Source: Candidatus Jordarchaeia archaeon (lineage in GTDB: Archaea > Asgardarchaeota > Jordiarchaeia > Jordiarchaeales > Jordiarchaeaceae). Taken from it: a DNA stretch of 60,269 nucleotides. Below the pieces are notes generated by a model, which worked only from the letters and a program-made list of their open reading frames with translations, ran no database searches and had not been told where the DNA came from. The position numbers and the translations under genes are program-made. Below are positions 1-9,040 of this stretch, one piece after another; the stretch's first letter is position 1, and every line of letters begins with the position of its first letter. The stretch lies in NCBI GenBank assembly GCA_029856435.1, contig JAHQXB010000123.1:1-60269 (forward strand), written 5' to 3'.

Positions 1-196
1 ATTTGGTGTCCCGGGCATAAACGGTTAATGAAGTCTTCTTTTCCCCAAAAAAAGCGTTTTTTGCCCTCTTTTTCACGGAGACCAATATAACTAATGATAA
101 AAAACTTTTACAATTTCTTACGCGGGAACAGTTGGGTCGCGCCACTACAACGAATAAGTCAAACTTAAAGGAGTCAAAATTGAACATATGGAAGAT

Positions 197-721
197 TCAA
201 AATGAAACTTTGGGAGGCTTTCTCAATGATGTAGGGCTTTTTGGGTTTGGCTTTTGCTCTCTTCTGAGGAAGTCTCCCAGATCAAAAATGTTTTTTACCA
301 CTACGCCTTTCTCCGCTTCTTGAGGAGGTTGTTTTAATACGCCCAAGCCTAAACATTCATTATGCTTGTTTAAAATTAGTGTGTAATCGCCCTTTTTTGG
401 TGAACCCTCAATACGTGTGATGCCTTCTTTGAATATGTCCCTTCCGCATATGAAAAGCCAGGCAGTCTTATCGTTTACGAAGATTCTGTTTCTGACTTTT
501 TCGGCAATCATTGAAATTAGCGGGAAGCTTGGGAGGAAAACATTATTCCTCAACGCTCCAAGTAGAACACCAGCGTAATAGTATTTTTGGGGGATTCTAG
601 TAGTTAAGTCCTTCAGTGTGTCGTTTAGTAGGAAGAACTTTTCTCCTGCCACATCGATTAAAGCTTCGTTCAAGTCTATTTGGGCGCCAATTTTTTCTAG
701 GAAAATTTTCAAGGGCTTCAC
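197..721 (-). CDS. nip7: Nip7-like ribosome biogenesis protein (pre-PUA + PUA domain)
   Basis: C-terminal PUA-like segment FICGRDIFKEGI...KKGDYTLILNKHNECLGLG; 174 aa; directly downstream of an RNA m5C methyltransferase. Confidence 0.75.
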   Translation of the reverse strand: MKPLKIFLEKIGAQIDLNEALIDVAGEKFFLLNDTLKDLTTRIPQKYYYAGVLLGALRNNVFLPSFPLISMIAEKVRNRIFVNDKTAWLFICGRDIFKEGITRIEGSPKKGDYTLILNKHNECLGLGVLKQPPQEAEKGVVVKNIFDLGDFLRREQKPNPKSPTSLRKPPKVSF

Positions 722-725
722 TAAG

Positions 726-1610
726 CTATCCCCTCTTCTTGAGTTTGCATATGAAAAAGCCTTGGGTTTCTTCGCTAGGCCATATTCGCTTACAGTTGTT
801 TATCATGCTGTCTAATTTTTTGCCAAAAATTTTTGTGGGAGACGCTTCGCCAATACAATTTATGGGTACTGTTTCAAGTTTGAGGTTTTCCAAAGCCCAG
901 TTTATGTTGAACTCATTTTCCTCAGGTTCCAGGGAACACGTGGCATAAACTATTTCGCCGTCATCATTGAGGGTTTTTGTGGCTTCAGCTAAGATTTCCC
1001 TTTGCAGCCTTACGTTCCGTTCAACATCTGTGACGGTTCTCCTCTCAAACCACTGCTTGTCCGTGGCGAAATTGCCGGAGCAAGGTACATCAAGCAGTAT
1101 CCTATCAAAAGTTAAACCAAGTTTCGATGCCTGCGTCGCGTCCAGATGGTATACAATGACGTTTTTCACTCTGCAGCGTTCCAGCTGGTTTGAGAGAGCG
1201 TTAAGCCTTCGCCTCTTAACATCTAAAGCCACTATAGCTCCAGTGTTGTCCATTAAGTCGGCGAGCTGAATGGTTTTTCCACCGGGAGCTGCACAGGCAT
1301 CCAAAACCATGCAGTTCTTTAAGTCAGTGAAGAGAGTTGCGGGAATCTGCGCCGCAGCCTCCTGAATTGAGTAATATCCCAAGAGGTATTCAAATGTCGC
1401 CCCTATGCTGAATTCTGCTTCCGCAACCCAGTAGCCGTTTTCTAGGAAGGGAATTTTTTCAAGCTTGAAACCCAAACCTTCAAGTCTATCAACAATGTTA
1501 ATGCCTTTAGCGTTCATAGTGTTTATTCTAATGGCTTGTTTTGGGGTAACTTCTCTAAAAGGCCAACCCAACTCTATGTAGCGACTAGCAAAAAACTCCT
1601 TTCCAGACAT
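726..1610 (-). CDS. NOL1/NOP2/Sun family RNA cytosine-C5 methyltransferase
   Basis: Motifs IQEAAAQIP, VLDACAAPGGKT, ILLDVPCSGN and VYATCSLEPEENE (both catalytic Cys). Confidence 0.95.
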   Translation of the reverse strand: MSGKEFFASRYIELGWPFREVTPKQAIRINTMNAKGINIVDRLEGLGFKLEKIPFLENGYWVAEAEFSIGATFEYLLGYYSIQEAAAQIPATLFTDLKNCMVLDACAAPGGKTIQLADLMDNTGAIVALDVKRRRLNALSNQLERCRVKNVIVYHLDATQASKLGLTFDRILLDVPCSGNFATDKQWFERRTVTDVERNVRLQREILAEATKTLNDDGEIVYATCSLEPEENEFNINWALENLKLETVPINCIGEASPTKIFGKKLDSMINNCKRIWPSEETQGFFICKLKKRG

Positions 1611-1969
1611 TAAACCAACGAAGGCAGCGGGCTAATAAAAGCTTTGCGAATATGAATCTGAAGAGGGTTAAACAATTTCGAGATGGATTCAAGGTATGGA
1701 AACTAAAGTTACTAGGAAAGGATAAGCAGAACTTGTGTTCTGTGTTGATATCAGTCTGTGGATTAACTGCGATGTGAAAAATTTTTCATAAAGGGTACTT
1801 TTGGTGGTCGTCATAATTTTTTCAGCATACCTTTTTTGGAAAATATTTATTTTCGTAAAAGGAAAGATTAGACACCAATTGGCTAGGGAAGTAATCAGAA
1901 ACAATAAAAAAGGGTAGAAATTATTGTTCATGGGCTTCTATTTGAAATATTTTTGGAGTGGTGATTTAC

Positions 1970-2479
1970 ATGGCGAAAGCTGACGCAGAAAAAACAGTTG
2001 TAGATACAGAAAATCTGGACTCCTCATTTCTAAGAAAGGTGCTTAAACATCCAGGCGGCGAACAAATTCTCGTCTGTTTCCAGTGTGGAGTCTGCAGCTC
2101 CAGCTGTCCTTTAAGGCTCATAAATCCCGAGTATAATCCTAGAAAAATTGTAAAGAAAACCATTCTAGGTATGAAGGACCAGGTGATTTCCAGCGATTTT
2201 ATCTGGTTCTGTGCGGATTGCAACGCTTGTACCGAACGTTGCCCTCAGGGAGTTAACCCTTCTGAGGTTATGAGGGCTATTAAGAATGTGGCTGTGGAGG
2301 AGGGAATCGTTCCAGCGGCGGTTAAGAAAATTGTGGAGAACTTGGAGGAGCATGGAAGGGTTTATCCTTTGGAGGAGTTCACTCAGGAGGAGAGGGAGAT
2401 GCTGGATTTACCTAAACTTGAACCAGATGTTAAGATTTTCAAAATTGACAGAAAAAAATTGCTGGGTGAAAATTCTTGA
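1970..2479 (+). CDS. hdrC: Heterodisulfide reductase subunit C-like (2x[4Fe-4S])
   Basis: CFQCGVCSSSCP and WFCADCNACTERCPQG; ATG at 1970 after GGAGTGGTGA; overlaps hdrB. Confidence 0.92.
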   Translation: MAKADAEKTVVDTENLDSSFLRKVLKHPGGEQILVCFQCGVCSSSCPLRLINPEYNPRKIVKKTILGMKDQVISSDFIWFCADCNACTERCPQGVNPSEVMRAIKNVAVEEGIVPAAVKKIVENLEEHGRVYPLEEFTQEEREMLDLPKLEPDVKIFKIDRKKLLGENS

Positions 2480-3360
2480 GTGAGAGAGAGTTTGCACTGT
2501 TTTTAGGGTGCACCATACCTGTGAGGTGCCTAGGCTACGAGGTATCTACTAGGAGAGTGGCGGAGGAGCTGGGAATTAAACTTGTTGATCTTAACTTTTC
2601 CTGTTGCGGTTATCCCTTAAAAAATGTGGATGTGATTGCCGCTAAATCTATGGCTACGGCGAACCTAGCTCTTGCAGAATCCAAGAAGCTTAACATACTT
2701 ACCATTTGCAGCGCCTGCGCCGGAACATTGGCTGAGGCTAGTATTAATAGAGAGAATCCGGTGAGTGAACAGGTAAAAAAGGAGTTGGAAAAGCAGGGGT
2801 TAACCTTTAAGGGATTGATTTGGGTCAAGCACTTTGCGAGATACCTGTATGAGGATTACGGTGTAGATAAAATAAGGGAACATGTGAAAAGCCCTCTGAA
2901 GGGTCTCAGGGTGGCTATACACTATGGCTGCCACTACCTTAGACCGTCTGAAATATATGATGAATTTGATGATCCGGAACATCCCAAAAGCGTGAAGGAG
3001 ATTATTGAGGCTCTTGGTGCCACAGTAGTAAATTATGTGGGTCAGCTTGATTGTTGTGGTGGGGGGACTTTGACTTTCGATCAAAAGTTGGGTGTTATGT
3101 TGGCTAAGAAGAAACTGGACAATGTCAGGAAGGCTAATGTGGATGCTTTGGTTTTATTCTGTCCCTTCTGCTCCATAATGTATGACGGTCACCAAAGGTT
3201 TATTGAGGAACAGTTTGGCTGCGAGCCTTACAACATTCCAGTTCTCTTCCTGCCTCAGATTATGGGTTTAGCTTTTGGCATTGATCCGAAAGAGTTGGGA
3301 TTCGAATACAACAAGGTGGATGTACAACCCTTACTGGACAAAGTAGGGGTGAAGGGGTGA
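2476..3360 (+). CDS. hdrB: Heterodisulfide reductase subunit B-like (two CCG domains)
   Basis: LGC...SCCG...CSAC and HYGCH...DCCG...CPFC motifs. Confidence 0.93.
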   Translation: MSEREFALFLGCTIPVRCLGYEVSTRRVAEELGIKLVDLNFSCCGYPLKNVDVIAAKSMATANLALAESKKLNILTICSACAGTLAEASINRENPVSEQVKKELEKQGLTFKGLIWVKHFARYLYEDYGVDKIREHVKSPLKGLRVAIHYGCHYLRPSEIYDEFDDPEHPKSVKEIIEALGATVVNYVGQLDCCGGGTLTFDQKLGVMLAKKKLDNVRKANVDALVLFCPFCSIMYDGHQRFIEEQFGCEPYNIPVLFLPQIMGLAFGIDPKELGFEYNKVDVQPLLDKVGVKG

Positions 3361-3366
3361 TTCAAA

Positions 3367-5700
3367 ATGATTGGCGTCTATATTTGTGAGTGTGGTGGAA
3401 ACATTGGAGATGTGGTTGACGTTAACGCAGTGAAGGAAGCCATCCAAAAAATTCCCGACGTGAAAACCGTACGAATAAACAGGTTTCTATGTTCTAAACT
3501 AGGTCTTAAAATGATAGTGGACTCTGTCAAAAAACAGAACTTGGACCGGGTGGTAGTTGCATCGTGTTCCCCACACATGCATGAGGAGACCTTTAGAGAG
3601 ACAGTGGTTGAAGCGGGACTAAACCCCTACATGTTTGTACACACAAATATTCGAGAGCAGGATTCTTGGGTCACCAAGGATAAAAAGAAGGCTACAGAAA
3701 AGGCCATAGCCATAATATCGGGGGCAGTGGGCAGAGCGAGAAAATTGGAGCCCCTCCAAAAGACCAGAGTAGAAATCTCTAAGGATGTTATGGTCATCGG
3801 CGGCGGAATAGCGGGGATAACAGCGGCGCTACAGCTGGCAAACTCTGGATACCGCGTCATAATGGTGGAAAAAAAGCCGAGCATAGGAGGCAGAATGGCT
3901 CAGCTCAGTAAGGTTTTCCCCACCCTAGACTGTGCACCCTGCATCCTCAGCCCCAGAATGGCAGACGTGGACAAAAACCCCAACATCACACTACTAACCA
4001 ACTCAGAAGTGGAAAAGGTATCAGGCGGACCGGGAAACTATGAGGTGCAAGTTAGGATTAAGCCCCGAGGAGTGGATGTTGAGAAGTGTTTAAGATGTGG
4101 CAAGTGTGAGAAGGTATGTGAGGTGGAGGTCCCAGACGAGTATGAGGCGGGACTCTATAAACGCAAAGCAATATATTTACCATTTGCACAAGCTGTTCCC
4201 GCCGCTTACACCATAGACTTCGAAAACTGTAAAAAATGCGGGGCCTGTCAAAAGGAGTGCCCCGCCGAGGCCATAAACATCAACCAAGAGGAGAGAGAGG
4301 AGATCTTCAATGTGGGGGCAATAATAGTTACTACTGGCTATGACCTCCTAGATAAGGGTGAGATAGAAAGATACAAGATTGACGAGGAATCTACAATAAC
4401 TTCACTCCAGCTGGAGAGACTTATAGAGAATGAGCTTGCAGCGGGAGAAGTTCTTAAAAATTCCAAGGGTAAACGCATAAAAGACGTAGCATTTATTCTC
4501 TGCGTAGGCTCCAGAAATCCACATAAGGGAGTTTCCTACTGCAGCAAAGTCTGTTGTCCCTACGCGGTTAAGGAAGCGATACTGCTGAAGAAGACTCTAC
4601 CCTATCTCCGCATATGGATCTACTACATTGATTTGAGGATGGCTGGCCGAGGATACGAAGAACTCTACAGACAGGCGCGGGAAATGAACATAAACTTCAT
4701 CCATGGCAAGCCCGCAGAAGTGAGCCTAGACCCAGAATCTGGAAGACTCCAAATTGTGTCTGAGGACATTGACACAGGCCAAATAATAAGAAACTCTTTG
4801 GATCTCGTTGTTTTATGCCCAGCTATGATTCCTTCAAGAGACTTGGGAGAACTGGCGGGCAAGCTCAACATTTCCACGGGTGAGGATGGCTTTATCGCAG
4901 AAAAGCACATTAAACTTAATCCAGTTTCCACCCTAAGGGAGGGTATATACGCTGCGGGAACAGCTCTTGGCCCAAAGGATATCAGAGAATCCGTGGTAGA
5001 CGCCAGGTCCACTGCAGCCCAAGCAATAGAATTTTTGGGAGAGGGATACAAGGATATTTCACCGATAAAAGCTAGACTGGTAGGTGAATGTCGGGGCGCG
5101 GGGGAGTGTGTGAAAGTATGCCCCCACAACGCCATAACATTAAGCGAGAAAACTGGTAAAGCGGAGATAAATATACTGGCCTGTAATGGTTGTGGAGCAT
5201 GTGTCCCCGCATGCCCTAACAAAGCTTTACAGTTGGCTCACTATACAAAGGAGCAAATAATGGAGGAAGTAAAGGGTCTTCTATCTGTACCAACAGAGGA
5301 TATTAGAATAATTGGATTCTTTGGAGACTCTACAGCTTATCCCGCTGCAGACGCTGCCGGCGTATCGCGGCTAAACTATCCCCCAAACCTACTGATTGTA
5401 AGAGTGCCATCTACTGCGCTTATAGATACAGAGACGCTGATAAAAACTTTGGAGATGGGCGCAGATGGAATTATGCTTTGTGAAAATGGAGACACTAAGG
5501 AGGGAGAGTTAACCGAGGAGAATGTGAAGAAAACACAGATGGAGCTTGAAAAGAGGGGAATAGAGAAGGAAAGAGTGTTTTACCAGCCCCTAGCAATTCC
5601 GGCATACAAGTCTCTGCCATACTTGGTAGAAACATACCTTTCAAGGATCAAAAAAGTTGGAAAAATAGGCGTCAAAACTGCGCCTCTCTCTAAAGGCTAA
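3367..5700 (+). CDS. hdrA: HdrA-like flavoprotein with a C-terminal degenerate MvhD-like domain
   Basis: N-terminal YICECGGNI, GGGIAG, KVFPTLDCAPC, ferredoxin insert, CVGSR...YCSKVCC, C-terminal ferredoxin. The last ~140 aa align with MvhD (AADAAGVSRLNYPPN...GADG) but lack its Cys motifs. Confidence 0.92.
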   Translation: MIGVYICECGGNIGDVVDVNAVKEAIQKIPDVKTVRINRFLCSKLGLKMIVDSVKKQNLDRVVVASCSPHMHEETFRETVVEAGLNPYMFVHTNIREQDSWVTKDKKKATEKAIAIISGAVGRARKLEPLQKTRVEISKDVMVIGGGIAGITAALQLANSGYRVIMVEKKPSIGGRMAQLSKVFPTLDCAPCILSPRMADVDKNPNITLLTNSEVEKVSGGPGNYEVQVRIKPRGVDVEKCLRCGKCEKVCEVEVPDEYEAGLYKRKAIYLPFAQAVPAAYTIDFENCKKCGACQKECPAEAININQEEREEIFNVGAIIVTTGYDLLDKGEIERYKIDEESTITSLQLERLIENELAAGEVLKNSKGKRIKDVAFILCVGSRNPHKGVSYCSKVCCPYAVKEAILLKKTLPYLRIWIYYIDLRMAGRGYEELYRQAREMNINFIHGKPAEVSLDPESGRLQIVSEDIDTGQIIRNSLDLVVLCPAMIPSRDLGELAGKLNISTGEDGFIAEKHIKLNPVSTLREGIYAAGTALGPKDIRESVVDARSTAAQAIEFLGEGYKDISPIKARLVGECRGAGECVKVCPHNAITLSEKTGKAEINILACNGCGACVPACPNKALQLAHYTKEQIMEEVKGLLSVPTEDIRIIGFFGDSTAYPAADAAGVSRLNYPPNLLIVRVPSTALIDTETLIKTLEMGADGIMLCENGDTKEGELTEENVKKTQMELEKRGIEKERVFYQPLAIPAYKSLPYLVETYLSRIKKVGKIGVKTAPLSKG

Positions 5701-5778
5701 GCCTCACCCAACGCAGATATTCCCATTGAAGCTTTTCATTAGCACTAAGGTTATTAGGGCTGCTATTATAGGAGATTT

Positions 5779-6720
5779 TTATATTGGTTCAAAGGCATTT
5801 ATTTTCTCTAGATAGTCCAGCATTTTAAGGTATAGCCTATCTCTTTTTTTGAGAATTTCTTCTTCACTCCGTCCGCCATAATCGTAGAATCCTTTAGATG
5901 TCTTAGCTCCAAGGTGTCCCTTTTTTACCTTTTCCTCAAATATGGGGTGGCTCACTCCGTAACTCTTCATTATGTCAAGCACCAAATCTAATCCGGTAAA
6001 GTCATAAGTTTGAACTACCCCCACTATAGGAAGTCTGATTCCTAGACTGCTCTTCACTGCTAGATCAATTTCCGTAGGGGTGGCCCAGCCCTTCTCCAAA
6101 ATCTCTAAAACTGCAAGGGAGATTTGGTTTTGGATGCGGTTTACAATGAAGGAACGCACAAATTCCCTCAATACTATTGGCCTTTTACCTAGCCTTTCCA
6201 TTAATTCCTTGGCAAATGCGACCACGTCTCCAGATGTCTTTGGCCCGGGAACCACCTCAACTAGGGGAATTATGTGTGGTGGGGCAAACCAGTGGGTTAT
6301 GATCAGTCTTGCGGGCTTTTTGACCTCCGCAATGCTGAATATATCCAACCCTGAAGTGTTGCTGGCCAAAACTATGTCTTCTGGGCACAGTTCATCGAGT
6401 TGAGCGAATACCTTTTTCTTAACCTCGGCGACTTCAGACACCACCTCAATTGCAAAGTCTGCCCCCTGAGCCCCTTCAGCTAGACTGGTTGTGGGATGGA
6501 TGCGTCTCAAAATGGTGGAAATCTCTTTTCTGGGTACACGTTTAAACTCTGCCAGAATACTCAGATTAGACTTTATGAGATTAGTTGCGTGTTCCAGAAT
6601 CTTTTCATTTAAATCTACAAGGCTAACCTCAATCCCCGCTTGTGCAAAAACCTGTGCGATAGAGTGCCCCATTACGCCGGCACCAACAACCAGAGCCTTC
6701 TTAACATTCTTTGCATCCAT
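5779..6720 (-). CDS. 3-hydroxyacyl-CoA dehydrogenase family protein
   Basis: GAGVMG Rossmann motif, EVKKKVF, SNTSG, HWFAPP...PLVEVV, FIVNRI. Confidence 0.92.
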   Translation of the reverse strand: MDAKNVKKALVVGAGVMGHSIAQVFAQAGIEVSLVDLNEKILEHATNLIKSNLSILAEFKRVPRKEISTILRRIHPTTSLAEGAQGADFAIEVVSEVAEVKKKVFAQLDELCPEDIVLASNTSGLDIFSIAEVKKPARLIITHWFAPPHIIPLVEVVPGPKTSGDVVAFAKELMERLGKRPIVLREFVRSFIVNRIQNQISLAVLEILEKGWATPTEIDLAVKSSLGIRLPIVGVVQTYDFTGLDLVLDIMKSYGVSHPIFEEKVKKGHLGAKTSKGFYDYGGRSEEEILKKRDRLYLKMLDYLEKINAFEPI

Positions 6721-6859
6721 AACACATCTTTCCTGACTAACTCATAAAAGAAGCGAAAAGCCCGACCAAATTTTTATTCCCATTTTAGAATCTTAATGTT
6801 TCTAAAAAGGTGGGAGGGAGAATTTACCTTCCCAACGCCGTCCAAGGAGCATTGTAATA

Positions 6860-7771
6860 TTATTTCTTCTTGGGCTTGATAAACTCTGGAGATGTGAAAT
6901 CGAGAGAGCCTTTCCAGTCGTAGAAACCCTTGCCAGTCTTCATCCCTAGCTCTCCTCTATCGATCATGTCCTTTAGAGCTTGTGGTGGTTTATCATCAGG
7001 GTTGCCGCTCTCATTATAGTAGGACATTTCAATATCATATACTACATCAAGACCTACCGCGTCCATTAATGCGAATGGCCCCATGTTCATACCTGTGAAT
7101 ATTCTCCATCCACGGTCAACGTCTCTGAAGTCTGCGTATCCTCCAGCCCAGATTTTTAGGCACTCCTTTTTTACCGCTCGCCATACCCTGTTAAACACAA
7201 AGCCCAAGCACTCCTTTTTAACCACGAGGGGAACACAATCTATGCTTTCAATCCACGCCTTGCCAGTCTCGAACGTTTCATCGCTAGTTTGGGTTCCTCT
7301 CATAATGTCAACCATGGGTCTCTGGTATATAGGAGCGTAGAAGTGGATGTTTAACACCTTATCTTTTCGCTTTACGGCATCCTCTATTTTTGAAACTGGA
7401 ATTGAGGAACTGTTAGTAGCAATGATTGCGTGGGGTGGGGCGAATCTATCTATCTCTGCGAAAACCTTCTTCTTTAACTCCAAATTTTCTGGCACAGCCT
7501 CTATTATTAGGTCTGCATCCCTCACTGATTCAGCAAGTTTATCGTGGTAAGTGATTTTTTCAAGAATCTTTTTCAGCTTTCCTTTATCTTCTGGCGACAT
7601 GAAGGTAAGTTCAACTGTCTGGGTCACAAATTCCTTTGCGGCTTTGAGGGCCTCAGGACTAATGTCATAGATGCGTAAAGCATAACCCTTGGTTGCCACC
7701 CAAGAAGAAATCTGTTTTCCCATCCATCCTGCACCAATCATAGCAACTACTTTAATCTCCTTACCCAACAT
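6860..7771 (-). CDS. 3-hydroxyacyl-CoA dehydrogenase family protein (paralog 2)
   Basis: GAGWMG, EAVPENLELKKKVF, TNSSS, GFVFNRV, MGPFALMDAVGLD, GMKTGKGFY; ATG at 7771 after GGAGG. Confidence 0.92.
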   Translation of the reverse strand: MLGKEIKVVAMIGAGWMGKQISSWVATKGYALRIYDISPEALKAAKEFVTQTVELTFMSPEDKGKLKKILEKITYHDKLAESVRDADLIIEAVPENLELKKKVFAEIDRFAPPHAIIATNSSSIPVSKIEDAVKRKDKVLNIHFYAPIYQRPMVDIMRGTQTSDETFETGKAWIESIDCVPLVVKKECLGFVFNRVWRAVKKECLKIWAGGYADFRDVDRGWRIFTGMNMGPFALMDAVGLDVVYDIEMSYYNESGNPDDKPPQALKDMIDRGELGMKTGKGFYDWKGSLDFTSPEFIKPKKK

Positions 7772-7861
7772 ATCAGCCTCCAACAAACTTAATTAACAAA
7801 TACGTGTTGCGAGCTATTCACAAGCTGTCCAAATCAACCTAGTATTAGGATGGAAACTAAT

Positions 7862-7879
7862 TTAAATGTTGACATTTAA
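7862..7879. promoter_or_regulatory. Palindrome TTAAATGT-TG-ACATTTAA, candidate operator
   Basis: Perfect 8-bp arms about 90 bp upstream of the dehydrogenase pair. Confidence 0.35.
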
Positions 7880-8160
7880 TTCGCAGCACCAGTTAAAATT
7901 AAAACTCTTGAATGTGTTCTATATACCTGCCAATTGTTCTTGGAGTGACTTTTATGCCTACAAAATTTACCGATTCGGAGATTGATTCTGTTATTGTGTT
8001 TAGAGGCCCGCCCGCGTGACTCGTGTGGCAAGAGAGACGCTTGAATCTGGAACTCATGTTTTGCTGCTTGAAGTTCTCAATCCATATATTGACCCTAACT
8101 CGGAAGGGCGAAGGGGAAGAGTAAAGGAACGCCGTCGAATATAACTTTTTATTCCCTCTT

Positions 8161-8347
8161 GCGAATTTGTTAAAAAATAAGTCTTTTTCGCGGTTTGGTT
8201 GCGATGTCTTCAAGGGTTGGTGGGATGTGTGGTGCAAAGCCTTCCTTCATGGTACATTTCTGCCTTGGAACTCCCAGAGTCACCCATTTAAACCCTGTGG
8301 AAAAGCCAACCAGAACCCCTGAAACAACAATTTTTTAACAAGTTCGC
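8161..8347. repeat. Fold-back / MITE-like element with 18-bp terminal inverted repeats
   Basis: GCGAATTTGTTAAAAAAT (8161-8178) vs reverse complement of 8330-8347 (GCGAACTTGTTAAAAAAT), 17/18 identical, with weaker complementarity further inside. No TSD seen. Confidence 0.55.
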
Positions 8348-8555
8348 GAAGCCCAGAAAGATTATTAGGGACTTCGAGTAGTGTAGGGGGCGCCAACCTT
8401 CCCCTCATTCATTTCTTCCACCTCTTTTTTCTAGGACTCCATGAAGTCCAGTGAGATGTACACCTCGCCCCTTTTCACCAGCTTCTCGTTGTATTCTCGC
8501 CAGTTAAGCTTATCCTCTTAGTGTCCCACCTCTTTTTCTTCTTTCCACCTCTCAT
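8348..8555 (-). pseudogene. IS5-like transposase N-terminal remnant
   Basis: Minus frame reads NWREYNEKLVKRGEVYISLDFMES*KKEVEEMNEGKVGAPY, then SKSLIIFLG after a frameshift. This matches the NWxxYN..L..RG start of IS5/IS903-type DDE transposases. In-frame TAG at 8431-8433. Confidence 0.75.
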
Positions 8556-9040
8556 ACTGTGTTTTGGGAGCCTCTTGTTGGATGGTGCTTTTGTCTTGCC
8601 CGCTCCTTTTCCCACTTTTCTCCCCCTGGGTTCTGCACCTTCCGCCCGCTTCATGAGTGTCTCCTTCTCCTGTCCTTCCCCCACTCACTAGGTCCAAAAA
8701 AGGTTTTTCATACAGTCACAGCAGCAAGTTCATCACTAGGCAGAGTACTCCGAAGCCACATGGAAAACACTGGAAGAGGGGCGAATACCAAAGAAGGCAT
8801 CTCAAGTATGAATACAAAAAACTCTTACGCTCGTAGACCACGTTGTTGGATCCACCTATAAACTTGAACAAGCCCCTGAGTAAGTGGTGGATGTGTTGAG
8901 AAAACTGCTCAGATTTGGGTGGGCATCCATCCCGTACGGGAAGGAAGTTTGAGAGGGAGAAGCTAACAAGCCGCAAGAGGTATTATACTTACAAGAAGAG
9001 AATTTGGGCTTAATGCCATTGGGCCTTCGCGGGGTGTCAA

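Noticed and set aside
1775-1788. TGAAAAATTTTTCA palindrome and similar A-tract/T-tract sites (34455-34469, about 27780, about 25540)
   Set aside because: AnTn tracts are frequent in the AT-rich intergenic DNA here and are not specific enough to call an operator.
7954-8144. Possible frameshifted small gene (MPTKFTDSEIDSVIVFR / ARVTRVARETLESGTHVLLLEV...) after a GGAGTGA RBS
   Set aside because: Short, needs an assumed frameshift, and has only a vague flavin-reductase-like resemblance.
8700-9035. Plus-strand frame that looks protein-like but has several stops
   Set aside because: No recognisable family. It may be decayed sequence, but this cannot be supported without a search.
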